The notes: generated by a model not told the origin, from the letters alone. Positions 19,701-29,797 are shown, counted from the stretch's first letter. The stretch is DNA of 38,142 nucleotides from Calditrichia bacterium (GCA_037381445.1 JARRQT010000094.1:1-38142), one strand, 5' to 3'. Numbers and translations: made by a program.

Positions 19701-20247
19701 TCCTTCCAGCCCGCGCGACACGCTCTCCCATTTCGACAGCGTCTATCTTTCAAATGAAGACGGAAGCGTGCTTTCCTGGCGGGTTGTTTTTACCGGACAG
19801 GAAGCACGGCCGCCGCTGGCAGGAGACACCCTCTATCTCAGCTTTTTCAAACCGTTCTCGGAAAGAGACGTCTTTACATATCACTCACGGACTGCGCTTT
19901 CCGATCCGGATCTTGCCGAACAGCAGATGGACCGGATTAAGGTAGTGCCAAACCCATATCTGGTGACAAATGTCTTTGAAAGGCCGCTGAGTTCACAGGT
20001 CAGGGGCCGGGGCGAACGGGTGGTTTATTTCACGCATCTGCCCCCTAACAGCACCATAAAAATTTACGCTTCCAATGGTCATCATATAAGGACGCTGGTG
20101 CACGATGAGAGTCTCCTGGACGGCACCTGTCGGTGGGATTTGCGATCCAAAGAGGGCCTGGATGTGGCATTTGGCGTCTATTTCTATGTAATTGAAACGC
20201 AAGGCATCCGGAAGAAAAAAACCGGAAAACTGGCTATCATAAAATAA
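16726..20247 (+). CDS. Large secreted protein with DxDNDGD Ca-binding repeats, FN3 domain and T9SS-like C-terminal domain
   Basis: Signal peptide. DGIDNDGD / DGVDNDLDGLIDE repeats. FN3 (P.LTAVPGD.QVTLYWD...NGRTYYYAV.AYD). C-terminal IKVVPNPY...WDL...GVYFY...GKLAIIK. Confidence 0.85.
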   Translation: MKRITQNSFILIVLSILLASQAPAQIGRGTSSARKVGNHNGNEVRTTFSNWGVIGQPGSQGTNVAWKYDANGYATDIQPLVGVRLPIRDYRVGGAYDGVPDTLHSVIGCNADRSGIADYDPSGSTFWGFEPIPGFFNPDIDEIGVGVAMSNQPRTWPSSWPDHPDWVDENGKAEWNGYFGRGQMNADQESFFMMDDNVDQKMFRQYAFLPDSTDPTRKGQGLRVTVRGLQWRNILAQDVIFWLYEVENVGTSFYDQVSFGTLVGTYVGVGPMGGTEYIDDASFFNIRESILYTWDYDHYINPSANPNWEPTFDDVGYIGYAFLESPGNDYDGIDNDGDNARYGGTAPVFTGADFTPRKVHAGDKLILINRNKNYERIPFIMPDTAVTVHSMGQEFHLIPDTTVLQEGNMVLGGPSGLHLNENAYDGVDNDLDGLIDENYQVHYRQYKETTGHVVLIDTTAPVQHFDYVNNLGLTDPMIDEARDDGIDNDGDWDPDKDDVGADGKPGTHDFGEGDGIPTEGEPNFDSKDVDESDQLGLTSFDYFVPSTDIDMSNENEMWQRMTPGRFDVPESVVKNRATRGEDGDFIFGSGYFSLPPGKTQRFSLALVFGDDYDAVVRSKNIAQLIYNSNYNFPKAPDKPTLTAVPGDSQVTLYWDKVAEHSYDKSLQEYDFEGYKIFRSTDPYFNDVKTITNGYGQKVDYRPIKQFDLANNISGFFNYDPILNDKNSATPFYLGEDSGIQNSYVDKGLVNGRTYYYAVCAYDHGRESESIFPSQNPMTITINAAGQIFPDQNTAVVVPNAPVAGYQEPASGVDMTRVKGVSTYTPSVEVINPSLLKNATYTLTFSDTVRKGVPMARTFDIVDSASGDTVLKNNPYIRPHNGDVFDGLRVSFNTAFQNPDSIRLDTTRSGWNHPDTSNLTPVVSVFKWGNVISTRSAKDYMFVFDNEWKYASSRLTSIFGNASPLQIRQTNFAIYDITDNKNPLKIEYGFVESPSSPRDTLSHFDSVYLSNEDGSVLSWRVVFTGQEARPPLAGDTLYLSFFKPFSERDVFTYHSRTALSDPDLAEQQMDRIKVVPNPYLVTNVFERPLSSQVRGRGERVVYFTHLPPNSTIKIYASNGHHIRTLVHDESLLDGTCRWDLRSKEGLDVAFGVYFYVIETQGIRKKKTGKLAIIK

Positions 20248-20291
20248 CAGATCAGAAAAGATCGGGCATTATAACGAACAGGCATATCAAA

Positions 20292-21296
20292 ATGAAGATT
20301 TTATTCGCCATCATCTTATTGCTCTTTTTTATGGGAAGTTCGGCATTTTGCCAGACAAAGGTGGGTACGACCGCTGCCAATTTTTTGACGATCCCCGTCG
20401 GCGCCCGGGCGGCCTCGATGGGAGGTGCATTTGTGGCAATCGCCAATGACGTTTCGACCATCTTTTGGAATCCCGGCGGATTATCCCGGCTCCCGCAGAG
20501 CGAATTTAACATCACCCACGCCAACTGGCTGGTCGGGACCGATCTGAACTGGCTGGGAATCGCATTTAAGTTTGGCAGTTCCGCACTGGGAGTGAGCATC
20601 AACCAGTTGGATTACGGGAAAGAAGAAATCACCACGGCTCTTAATCCGGAGGGGACCGGCGAAAAATGGAGTGCCCAGGATATTGCCGCCGGGCTCACCT
20701 ATTCCCGCAATCTGACCGACCGTTTCTCCGTGGGGGGATCGGTCAAATATATCCAGCAAAAAATTGCACACGAGAGCGCCAGTGCGGTTGGATTTGATGT
20801 CGGCCTGCTTTTTACTACCGATCTGCGCGGTCTTCGTCTGGGAATGAATATCTGCAACTTCGGAAGCGAACTGAGAATGAACGGAGAAGATCTGCTGCAG
20901 CCGGTGGATATCGATCCGGGAAACAGCGGAAATAATGATAATATTGTGTCCCGCCTTGACACCGATTCATGGCCGCTTCCGCTGTTTTTTACCGTGGGCC
21001 TGGGATTCGATGCCATCCGGAGCGAACAGTGGCGGCTCAGCCTGGGGAGCGATGCGATCCACCCCAACAACCAGACGCTCCACCTGAATACCGGGGGAGA
21101 ATTTGTCTGGAACGATTTCTTCGCCCTGCGGGCCGGCTACAACTCCCTGTTCAAAGAGGCGGCGGAGGAAGGCCTGTCGCTGGGTTTTGGGATCAACTAT
21201 AATTTTCGAACCATAGCATTGAAACTGGATTATGGCTACCTTGATTTCGGCGTATTCGACAGCGTCTCGCGTTATTCATTGAGTATTGGCTTTTAG
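20292..21296 (+). CDS. PorV/PorQ-family outer-membrane beta-barrel (UPF0164)
   Basis: KVGTTAANFLTIPVGARAASMGGA...IFWNPGGL signature and C-terminal Phe. Confidence 0.88.
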   Translation: MKILFAIILLLFFMGSSAFCQTKVGTTAANFLTIPVGARAASMGGAFVAIANDVSTIFWNPGGLSRLPQSEFNITHANWLVGTDLNWLGIAFKFGSSALGVSINQLDYGKEEITTALNPEGTGEKWSAQDIAAGLTYSRNLTDRFSVGGSVKYIQQKIAHESASAVGFDVGLLFTTDLRGLRLGMNICNFGSELRMNGEDLLQPVDIDPGNSGNNDNIVSRLDTDSWPLPLFFTVGLGFDAIRSEQWRLSLGSDAIHPNNQTLHLNTGGEFVWNDFFALRAGYNSLFKEAAEEGLSLGFGINYNFRTIALKLDYGYLDFGVFDSVSRYSLSIGF

Positions 21297-21401
21297 AGAC
21301 CGGCAAACAGGTCCGCGGAAAAAATGTCAATTACGACTTCATATAAATATTGAGTTTATGGAACCGCCATGCAGCAGGCAAGGAATCTGAAATCATAAAA
21401 T

Positions 21402-23174
21402 ATGAAAATTAAAATCAATACCGGATTAGTTCTCCTTTCCCTTTTCTTTGGCTTATTGAGTCTTTATTCCGGATGCGGGAAAGAGAACAACACATCCGAA
21501 TTCCATTTAATCAGGCAAATGGAAACGGATAAGGCATGCTACCAGCCGGGCGACACCGTGAAAATCCGGCTGACTCTGGAATCACCGGCTGGGGACGGGA
21601 AGATCGTGGTCAGTTACCGGCACCTGAATCGGATCATCGGGAAAGACACCATAGACACAGGCTCCGCTGCGCGACTGACCTGGAACTGGTTTCCTCCAGG
21701 TACGGATTTTTGCGGTTATCTTGTTGAGGCCAGCCTGCAGAGAAAACAAGAAATTGCGGACCAAAGAACCATCGCAGTGGACGTTTCCTCCGATTGGAAA
21801 AAATTTCCCCGCTGCGGCTTCCTCTCCCGGTTTTCGCGGCTCTCACCGGAACACGTCGACAGCGTCATTTCAAACCTCAGCCGCTTTCACATTAATGGGC
21901 TCCAATTTTATGACTGGCATTACAAACATCACCATCCGGTGAAGCTTATCGATGGAAAACCGGCGGCTGTCTGGCAGGATATCGGAAAGCGCGAAAATCA
22001 CCTGCGAACAATCCGGAATTACATTACCGGTGCCCACCGTCGCGGGATGATGACCATGGCCTACAACCTGCTTTACGGTTCATGGGAAGACGGACCGGCG
22101 GACGGCGTTTCCGAATCCTGGCGACTCTACCGCGACCAGGGGCATACCCAGCCGGCCAAAATAGATTTCGATCAGAACTGGTCCAGTGATATTTACCTGA
22201 TGAATCCGGCCGATCCCGGCTGGCAGAAATATATTTTGGGTGAGATGAAGAAGGTCTTCGGCACATTGGATTTCGACGGCTGGCACATCGATCAGTTGGG
22301 CGACTGGCGACCAATGTGGACTTCCCGGGGCAATCCGGTGAAAACGGATGAGACATTCGGAGTTTTTTTAAATGCTGCACATACCACCCTGAATCGTCCG
22401 CTGGTAATGAACGCGGTAGGCCAGTACGGGCAGCGGCAAATCGCGTCGTCTCCCGTGGAATTCCTCTACTCCGAGGTGTGGGATCCCGATTCAACCTATG
22501 CCGATCTGGTCAGAATCATCGAAAATAATTATCGGCTGGGTTCCGGCAGATTACAGACCATTTTGGCAGCCTATGTGAACCAGGGATTAGCGGAACATCC
22601 CGGCGAGGCGGACCCGGCGTCAGTGCTTCTGGCTGACGCCGTGATCTTTGCCGCCGGCGGGGCGCACCTCGAATTGGGAGAACATCTGCTGGCACATCCC
22701 TACTTCCCAAATGCAAACCTGAAAATGAAAAACGGGCTGCACGACCGCCTGCTGAAGTATTACGACTTTCTGGTTGCTTATCAGAATCTGCTGCGCGGCG
22801 AGGTGCAGACGGATTCCGCGCTGACACTGCATTCCCGATCTGTGCAGCTATCAGACACCCCCGTTCAGGGAAAAGTATGGTATTATGCCCGCAAAATACC
22901 GTCCCGTCAGATTGTGCATCTGGTAAATTTTATGGGCACAGCAACCTCGAACTGGCGGGATAATGCCGGACAGCAGACCCTGCCGCAGCCTCAGAAAAAT
23001 ACTGTAATATATTTCACTGCCGGGCGGCCGGTAAGGGAGGTCTGGCTGGCCTCGCCGGACCTAGCGAATGGCCTGCCGCAGCCGCTGCAATTCGAGCTGA
23101 GGAACGGACAAACCGAAATAAAAATTCCGGAGCTGCACATCTGGGACATGATTGTTATTGATTACCAGGATTGA
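21402..23174 (+). CDS. GH66 dextranase / cycloisomaltooligosaccharide glucanotransferase, lipoprotein
   Basis: Lipobox-like LYSGC. Motifs IAVDVSSDW..FPR, HINGLQFYDW...HH, FDGWHIDQLG, YSEVW, GGAHLELGE and YFPN. Confidence 0.92.
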   Translation: MKIKINTGLVLLSLFFGLLSLYSGCGKENNTSEFHLIRQMETDKACYQPGDTVKIRLTLESPAGDGKIVVSYRHLNRIIGKDTIDTGSAARLTWNWFPPGTDFCGYLVEASLQRKQEIADQRTIAVDVSSDWKKFPRCGFLSRFSRLSPEHVDSVISNLSRFHINGLQFYDWHYKHHHPVKLIDGKPAAVWQDIGKRENHLRTIRNYITGAHRRGMMTMAYNLLYGSWEDGPADGVSESWRLYRDQGHTQPAKIDFDQNWSSDIYLMNPADPGWQKYILGEMKKVFGTLDFDGWHIDQLGDWRPMWTSRGNPVKTDETFGVFLNAAHTTLNRPLVMNAVGQYGQRQIASSPVEFLYSEVWDPDSTYADLVRIIENNYRLGSGRLQTILAAYVNQGLAEHPGEADPASVLLADAVIFAAGGAHLELGEHLLAHPYFPNANLKMKNGLHDRLLKYYDFLVAYQNLLRGEVQTDSALTLHSRSVQLSDTPVQGKVWYYARKIPSRQIVHLVNFMGTATSNWRDNAGQQTLPQPQKNTVIYFTAGRPVREVWLASPDLANGLPQPLQFELRNGQTEIKIPELHIWDMIVIDYQD

Positions 23175-23189
23175 GAGAGGGGCCATGCA

Positions 23190-25186
23190 ATGGTTTTGAG
23201 GCGCAATATTTTCATTCGCGGTATGCAGATTCTTTACCGAACAAAAACACGGAAATCTGCTGCAGGAGGGCTTTTTCTTCTCACCTTTCTCATAAACTTC
23301 GGTCCGGCATTATGCCAGGACAATTTTATCACTGACATCAGAACCGACTGCGCCCGTTACTCCCCGGGTGACACGGTACATTTCACAATGGCATTTCAAT
23401 CCGCGCCGCAAGGCGATTCACTGCACATCGTCTATCGGCATCTTGACCAGCGCGTTGGTGAGCAAGGGATTGCAGACATCTCAACCGGGGAAATTCAATG
23501 GGACTGGCTGCCGCCCGGAAATGATTACCGGAGCTATCTGGCCGAAGCCGCGCGGATCGGAAGCAATTCCCCAATATTCGTATCTGAATTCTATCCAGAT
23601 TGATCAGGTTTTGGACCGTCTCAATCGCTACCATATCAATGGACTGCAATTCTATGACTGGCATCATAAACACCATAAACCCCTCAAGGGGACTCCGGAT
23701 AATCCCGCATCCACCTGGAATGACATTGCCAACCGGACCAATTATTTTGCCACCGTCCAGGGATACATTCTGGGCGCCCATAAGCGGCATATGAAGGCCA
23801 TGGCCTACAACCTGCTCTACGGCGCCTGGGAAGATGCCCTGCCGGATGGCGTCCTGCCTGAATGGCGTCTGTTTCACGACTCTGCCCACCAGCAGCCCGA
23901 TTTTCATGATCTCCCCTCTTCCTGGGCCAGTGATATCTACTTAATGGACCCCACAAATCAGAAATGGATGGATTATATTTTTTCAACGACCCGGGATGCC
24001 CTGACCGCCCTTCCTTTTGACGGCTGGCATATCGATCAGCTCGGAGATCGCGGCACTCTCTACAATTACCAGGGACAGGCGGTTAACCTGGCCAATTCAT
24101 TTCTTCCTGTCATTCAACAGGCCAAAGATTCGCTGGGCGTTGATCTGGTTATGAATGCGGTTAATCAATTTGGACAAGGCGGAATTTCCCTTGCACCGGT
24201 GGATTTTCTGTATACCGAAGTGTGGGCGCCCAATACCCAATATGCCGATCTCGCTTCCGTTATTGTCTATAATAATTTTCTGGGCCATAACAACCTGAAA
24301 AGCGTATTGGCTGCCTATATCAACCACGATCTCTCCGGAAGTCCGGGGCAGTTTAACTCGCCCGCGGTATTATTGGCTGATGCGGTGATCTTTGCCGCCG
24401 GCGGGGCGCATCTTGAATTGGGCGAACATATGCTGGGAAGCGAGTATTTTCCCAACAGCAACCTGTCCATGAGCCAGGATTTGCAGACGGCGCTTATCCG
24501 CTATTACGACTTTCTGGGCTATTTCCACCCTGCAAACCGCGGGCCCTTATATGCTCTCCGCCTCCCCGCAGCAGGGCAGGATTTGGGTCATCGCCAGGAA
24601 ATCCAGCCGCCATACGCTCTATCACCTGATAAATTTCAGTGACGCTGCCGCCATGGAGTGGGCCGACAACTCCGGAATTCAGACTGAGCCGGATACCATA
24701 TTCTCCCTGCCCCTCTCCTTCCGGAGCGGTGAAAACATTGCGAAGCTGTGGACGGCCTCCCCGGATTTTGATGATTGTTCGCCCCGGGAAATTGGATTCT
24801 CTGCGAACTCGGACACCATATCGTTTGTCCTTCCCAGACTCAAATACTGGACCATGGTTGTCGCGGAAACCGATTCCGCTCTGGACATAAACTCCGGTTC
24901 ACGTAAAGATATGCCCGGAAATTTCCGGTTGACCGGCAATTTCCCCAATCCCTTTAATCCGTCAACCCGTATTGAATTCTACCTGCTCCACCGGGCAAGA
25001 CTGCGAATTGACATTTATAACACCCTTGGCCAGAAAATCATCACCCTTGCAAACAGACTTTTCGGTCCGGGGCGACATTCCGTAAAGTGGCAGCCGGCGG
25101 ATAATCTTGCCTCCGGCATTTATATCTGCCGGCTTTATATTGAAAATCAGATAAAAGAAAGCAAAAAACTGCTTTTCATGAAATGA
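23190..25186 (+). pseudogene. Second GH66 with T9SS C-terminal domain, disrupted by three frameshifting deletions
   Basis: Segments homologous to the upstream GH66 lie in different frames, with junctions near 23553, 23572 and 24517. Ends NFPNPFNP...SGIYICRL...KKLLFMK. Confidence 0.88.
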
Positions 25187-25228
25187 GCCCGTGGTTCAAC
25201 TAATAAAATTTGCAGGAACGGAGGACCA

Positions 25229-27919
25229 ATGAAGCTGTACCCCATCCTGTTTGTTATCGGCAGCATCCTGTCTTTTTATTCATGTTCCGATAAATCTGCC
25301 TACCGTTCGGATGCGTTTCAAATTTACCCGGACAAAGTCATACAGGGATCGTTTGAAGCCGGAGCAAAATCTCCGGTCGAAATGTATTCGACCTATAAAA
25401 GCGATTTCAGAGCGCCTGTGGCTAAAAAAATTGATTTTAAATTTAGCATTAACGGTGGTGACAACGAACGCTATCCCGGTGAGGACCACCATGCAGTCCT
25501 GGTGCCGCGGGACGAAAAAATGATCTCCCTGCTTTATAAATTTGGCGCACCTGATCCGGCAGGCGCGGCCGATGCCCCGGCTGGCGGCAGTCCCTATCTG
25601 GAAAAAGATGTAAATTTTACCGTGCGGGCCGATATGCGGCATGTGCTCTCCGATTTTGAAAAGCAGGGATATTTTGTCACCGCCACCGGCCGGAAAATCA
25701 TGAAAACTGATTTCAAAGGCGTTTTTATTGCCGGGAATACGCCGCCGCTGAGCTGGGAATTCGACGGTTTGGGGCAGCGCAAAGAATCCGAGCTCCACGA
25801 TCCGGACGGCGACGGCATTTACGAAATCATCCTGCATTTTAAACAGTTCCGGGAGGCGGATACACCGCAGGATGACACGCTTCATTGGGAACTGCATGAG
25901 GACATTTCAGCCTATCCTTCCTACAGTTCCCCGCAGGTGCTTGTCGATGCCCTTTACAACAAGGCGCTGGAAGAAATGGTTCAGGATATCCGGGAGGACG
26001 GCGCTTTCATGGCCGGAAAAAAATGGCCGGGAGTCTGGACCCGCGATATCAGTTACAGCATCCTGCTTTCCCTGGCAATGATAAATCCAGGGGCCGCCAG
26101 GAAAAGTCTGATGGCTAAAGTAAAGAATGACCGCATTATTCAGGATACCGGCACCGGCGGCTCCTGGCCGGTATCAACCGACCGCATGACATGGGCAATG
26201 GCGGCCTGGGAAGTTTATAAAGTGACCGGTGATGGCGAGTGGCTGGAATACATCTGGCGCGTCATCGGGAATTCCGCCGCGGATGATCTTGAAACCGCGT
26301 TCAATCCGCAAACCGGCCTCTTTTACGGGGAATCATCTTTCCTGGACTGGCGGGAACAAACCTATCCGGAATGGATGGATCCCAAAGATATTTATCAATC
26401 CCACAGCCTGGGCACCAATGCCGTTCATTATGAGACCTACCGGATTCTGGCCCGGATGGCCGCTATGCTGGGAGAAGACGCCTCAATCTACGAAAAAACC
26501 GCTGCGCTGGTAAAAAACGCCATTAATGAAAAGCTGTGGAGCGGCAAAGATCATTATTATGGACAATATCTTTACGGCAGAAATTATCTTTCCCTTTCTT
26601 CCCGCTCCGAAACGCTGGGCGAGACCCTCTGCACCTTGTTTGAGATCGCCGGTCCCGAACGGCGAGACATGATATTCCGGAATGTGCCGGTCACGGACTA
26701 CGGACCGCCTTGTGTTTATCCTCAAACCCCGGGCATTCCCCCTTATCACAATGATGCGGTGTGGCCATTTGTAGCGGCCTACTGGACCTGGGCCGCGGCA
26801 AGGGCAGGAAATGAAAAAGCGGTGGAATACGGGCTGGCATCCATCTACCGGGCCGCAGCGCTGTTCATGACCAACAAAGAAAATCTGGTGGCTTCCACCG
26901 GCGATTACATGGGGACCGAGATTAATTCCGATCGCCAGTTATGGAGCGTGGCCGGAAATTTGGCAACCGTTTACCGGGTGTTTTTCGGTATGAAATTTAA
27001 GCCCGATTCGCTCCGCTTCGAACCATTCATCCCTGAATCATATGGCGGTAAAAAACACCTTTCCAACTTTTCCTACCGCCAGGCGAAACTGGACATTACA
27101 GTGGAAGGGTTTGGGAGCGGCGTTTCAGAATTTTTATTGGATGGAAAAAGACTGCAGCGTCCTGCCATTCCCGGTGACCTGAGCGGAAAACATACTATTC
27201 GCATCAGAATGAACCGGGAGCACAAAACACAATCGGAGATACGGCTGGTCGAAAACAGGTTTGCGCCGGAAACACCGCGGGTATCCCGGGATGGCTCCGG
27301 ACTTCATTGGCAAAAGTGTAATAATACAACCCACTATTTGATTTTTAAAAACGGCAATTTTCTGAAAGAAACGACGGATACATTATTTACCATATCGGAC
27401 ATTCCGGAATGTGCGGAGTATCAGGTGATGGCAGTCGGCGGAGACGGAGCAGAGTCCTTTTTGAGCGAACCGATCCCATTCACCCCGGAGCGGTCTGTCA
27501 TTCTTCTGGATGCAAGCCAAGGGCAAAAAGCGGTCATGCAGACAGGCGAAAGACCCGGGAAAGATGATTACCTGGAACTGACACGGAGACAAAATACGCG
27601 CATGGAATTTATGGTGGAGATCGATAAGTCCGGAGCGTACAGCCTGGACTGTTATTACGCCAATGGAAGCGGCCCCATCAATACAAACAACCGCTGCGCC
27701 ATACGTACTGTGCTGATTGATGGCAAAAGAATCGGAAAAATTATCATGGCGCAGCGCGGAACGGATAAATGGGACGATTGGGGCTACAGCAACAGCCTGC
27801 ATTGCCGGCTGTCAGCCGGAAAACATACCATCTCCCTTGTTTTCAGCGACAGTGACATCAATATGAACGGAGAAGTCAATACGGCCAGGCTCAAGCACCT
27901 GCGGCTGAGCTGCCTTTAA
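25229..27919 (+). CDS. Lipoprotein (alpha/alpha)6 glycoside hydrolase, amylo-alpha-1,6-glucosidase / debranching-like, with CBM-like domains
   Basis: Lipobox FYSC. Motifs WPGVWTRDISYS, QDTGTGGSWPVSTDR and YHNDAVWPF. CBM35-like C-terminus (YANGSG...L.AG.HTI.L). Confidence 0.82.
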   Translation: MKLYPILFVIGSILSFYSCSDKSAYRSDAFQIYPDKVIQGSFEAGAKSPVEMYSTYKSDFRAPVAKKIDFKFSINGGDNERYPGEDHHAVLVPRDEKMISLLYKFGAPDPAGAADAPAGGSPYLEKDVNFTVRADMRHVLSDFEKQGYFVTATGRKIMKTDFKGVFIAGNTPPLSWEFDGLGQRKESELHDPDGDGIYEIILHFKQFREADTPQDDTLHWELHEDISAYPSYSSPQVLVDALYNKALEEMVQDIREDGAFMAGKKWPGVWTRDISYSILLSLAMINPGAARKSLMAKVKNDRIIQDTGTGGSWPVSTDRMTWAMAAWEVYKVTGDGEWLEYIWRVIGNSAADDLETAFNPQTGLFYGESSFLDWREQTYPEWMDPKDIYQSHSLGTNAVHYETYRILARMAAMLGEDASIYEKTAALVKNAINEKLWSGKDHYYGQYLYGRNYLSLSSRSETLGETLCTLFEIAGPERRDMIFRNVPVTDYGPPCVYPQTPGIPPYHNDAVWPFVAAYWTWAAARAGNEKAVEYGLASIYRAAALFMTNKENLVASTGDYMGTEINSDRQLWSVAGNLATVYRVFFGMKFKPDSLRFEPFIPESYGGKKHLSNFSYRQAKLDITVEGFGSGVSEFLLDGKRLQRPAIPGDLSGKHTIRIRMNREHKTQSEIRLVENRFAPETPRVSRDGSGLHWQKCNNTTHYLIFKNGNFLKETTDTLFTISDIPECAEYQVMAVGGDGAESFLSEPIPFTPERSVILLDASQGQKAVMQTGERPGKDDYLELTRRQNTRMEFMVEIDKSGAYSLDCYYANGSGPINTNNRCAIRTVLIDGKRIGKIIMAQRGTDKWDDWGYSNSLHCRLSAGKHTISLVFSDSDINMNGEVNTARLKHLRLSCL

Positions 27920-28002
27920 TACGCCCCCGGACAAACCATAGAACAACCTCGGGAGTGCGGCAATTCTGCCCCATTGGACCGGAAGCTGAGCCAGCCTTTT
28001 AA

Positions 28003-28038
28003 CTTCATTTGATTACAGCAAGGCTGAGAGTTTTTTAC
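28003..28038 (+). repeat. Partial (right arm) hairpin-core repeat copy
   Basis: cttcatttgattacagcaaggctgagagttttttac retains the gcaaggctgag motif. Lies between convergent genes. Confidence 0.4.
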
Positions 28039-28102
28039 AGTAATCTCTACCTGCAATAAATTGATAGAAAAATGCTCCGGGGGTCAAGCTGTCCAATTCA
28101 GC

Positions 28103-29350
28103 CTATTTTATCAAAATGCCCTTCCTGGTTTCGCTAAAATTGCCCGCCACCATTTTAAAATAATACACGCCGGAACTAAAATTAGCCGAATTCCAGGTTA
28201 TCGAATAATCACCCGGATTTTTATTTTCACTCACTAGGGTGGCGACTTCCTGCCCGACGGTATTGTATACTTTCAATGAAACCGATGAAACCGTGGAGAC
28301 ATGATAGCTGACAGTGGTGCTGGGATTAAATGGATTGGGATAATTTTGGTCCAAATGGAATCCCGAAGGAAGATCGGGATTGGCTGGAGCAATACCTGTC
28401 CAGGGACTCATATCATAGCGCCATAAGCCATCCCAGCGCCCGGCCCACAGGCGGTTCCCGGAGACGAACAGGTCCCAGAGCCATGCAAATTCATGGGCCC
28501 GGATATCCCACGTCTCTCCCATATCATCGCTGGAGAATATCCAATGCTCATTATGATATAAAAGTCCGGCAAATAAACGCGATTCATGGGCTGCCAGGGT
28601 AAAGATGTCCTGATCGGGAAAGACCGAAATGTCCCGCTTTTGCCAGTTTTGAGCATCGGCGCTTCCCCTGTAAATGCCATGATCCGTACCGGCATACATA
28701 TATTGCCCCAGAGAAAGAATATCATACACCTGGTGCTGCGCTATGCTGGAGTCAAGGGTAACAGCTGTCCATTGGGAACTTCCTCGGGGCCGCATGAAAA
28801 GATACTGTCCGATCCCTGCAACCAGAATATCGCCGCTGGCAAGAATGCTGGAAACACCCCACTGGAACAGCCCGGAATTGAAAGCCAGCCAGGAAACCGG
28901 ATTGTTCAGGTTGAGAACATAGACACCGCTGCCATCTGTTCCGGCATAAAGGCTGTCTCCAAAAACGGTAAATGCGGAGATACGGGCCGCAAAGCCGGAC
29001 AGACCGCCACTCAAATCTGTCCAGGTTTGTCCGCCATCGGAGCTGCGATAAACCCCGGCGCCGGATGTGCCAAGATAGATATCCTTTCCATGGGAAAAGA
29101 GTTTTGTAAAATCAGCAGTTGAATTGGGCTGTTCGGGAGTTGCCTGCCAGGTATCGCCCATATCCGTGCTTTTAAAAATCTGCCCGGGGGTTGCCGCATA
29201 GAGGTCGCCATCGTGCACAATGAGCGAAACAACATCCATCGAATCTATCTCGGTAACCCGCTGCCAGTTTTGCGAACTCCCCTCCTGTATCCAGGCGGCG
29301 ATAAACAAAATACTGTATATTACATTATTTATATGAACGCGCTTTAGCAT
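28103..29350 (-). CDS. Beta-propeller (BNR/Asp-box, YCF48-like) protein with T9SS C-terminal domain
   Basis: Signal peptide, Asp-boxes STDMGDTW, SSDGGQTW and SDDMGETW, and LDQNYPNPFNP...SSGVYYF tail. Confidence 0.88.
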   Translation of the reverse strand: MLKRVHINNVIYSILFIAAWIQEGSSQNWQRVTEIDSMDVVSLIVHDGDLYAATPGQIFKSTDMGDTWQATPEQPNSTADFTKLFSHGKDIYLGTSGAGVYRSSDGGQTWTDLSGGLSGFAARISAFTVFGDSLYAGTDGSGVYVLNLNNPVSWLAFNSGLFQWGVSSILASGDILVAGIGQYLFMRPRGSSQWTAVTLDSSIAQHQVYDILSLGQYMYAGTDHGIYRGSADAQNWQKRDISVFPDQDIFTLAAHESRLFAGLLYHNEHWIFSSDDMGETWDIRAHEFAWLWDLFVSGNRLWAGRWDGLWRYDMSPWTGIAPANPDLPSGFHLDQNYPNPFNPSTTVSYHVSTVSSVSLKVYNTVGQEVATLVSENKNPGDYSITWNSANFSSGVYYFKMVAGNFSETRKGILIK

Positions 29351-29797
29351 CGCTATCTCCTTAAATTAAATAACATGGTAAATTGTCAATTCGGGAATCC
29401 GGGAACTTGGCAGGTTTTCCCGATACTTCCCAAAACAAAGTTTGCAACGGCTATATTGCAGCCTTCGCGGGTATATCGAACAGATCTCAAACGGAGGAAT
29501 TTCTGCTGAAACTCCTCCTCCCAATTTGCGCAACAATATACATTATAACGCAACTTTTTCAAACATATTTCAGGTGAGTTCCGCCCATTACCGCAAAATA
29601 ATTCGTAAACAGCCTGAGTCCGGTATCATCGTGTTTAAAATATAGTTAGAGATTGTTGGTCAGGATTAGGAAATACGGAAAGCTTGATAAATAAAATTGC
29701 GGACAGAACCAATAACTTCGGGGGCTCTTTCAAATGAAGAGGCAACGCATACACTTTCTGCGAAAACCTCCATGAGAGAACTTGTGTCCCGGGAAAG

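Noticed and set aside
16726..20247. SusD/RagB homologue
   Set aside because: No lipobox or TPR-like SusD features, it is far larger, and it has a T9SS-like tail.
14058..27802. Many antisense and overlapping ORFs in the track (e.g. 16266-16886, 25280-25897)
   Set aside because: They are shadows of long, well-supported + strand genes and have no recognisable motifs.
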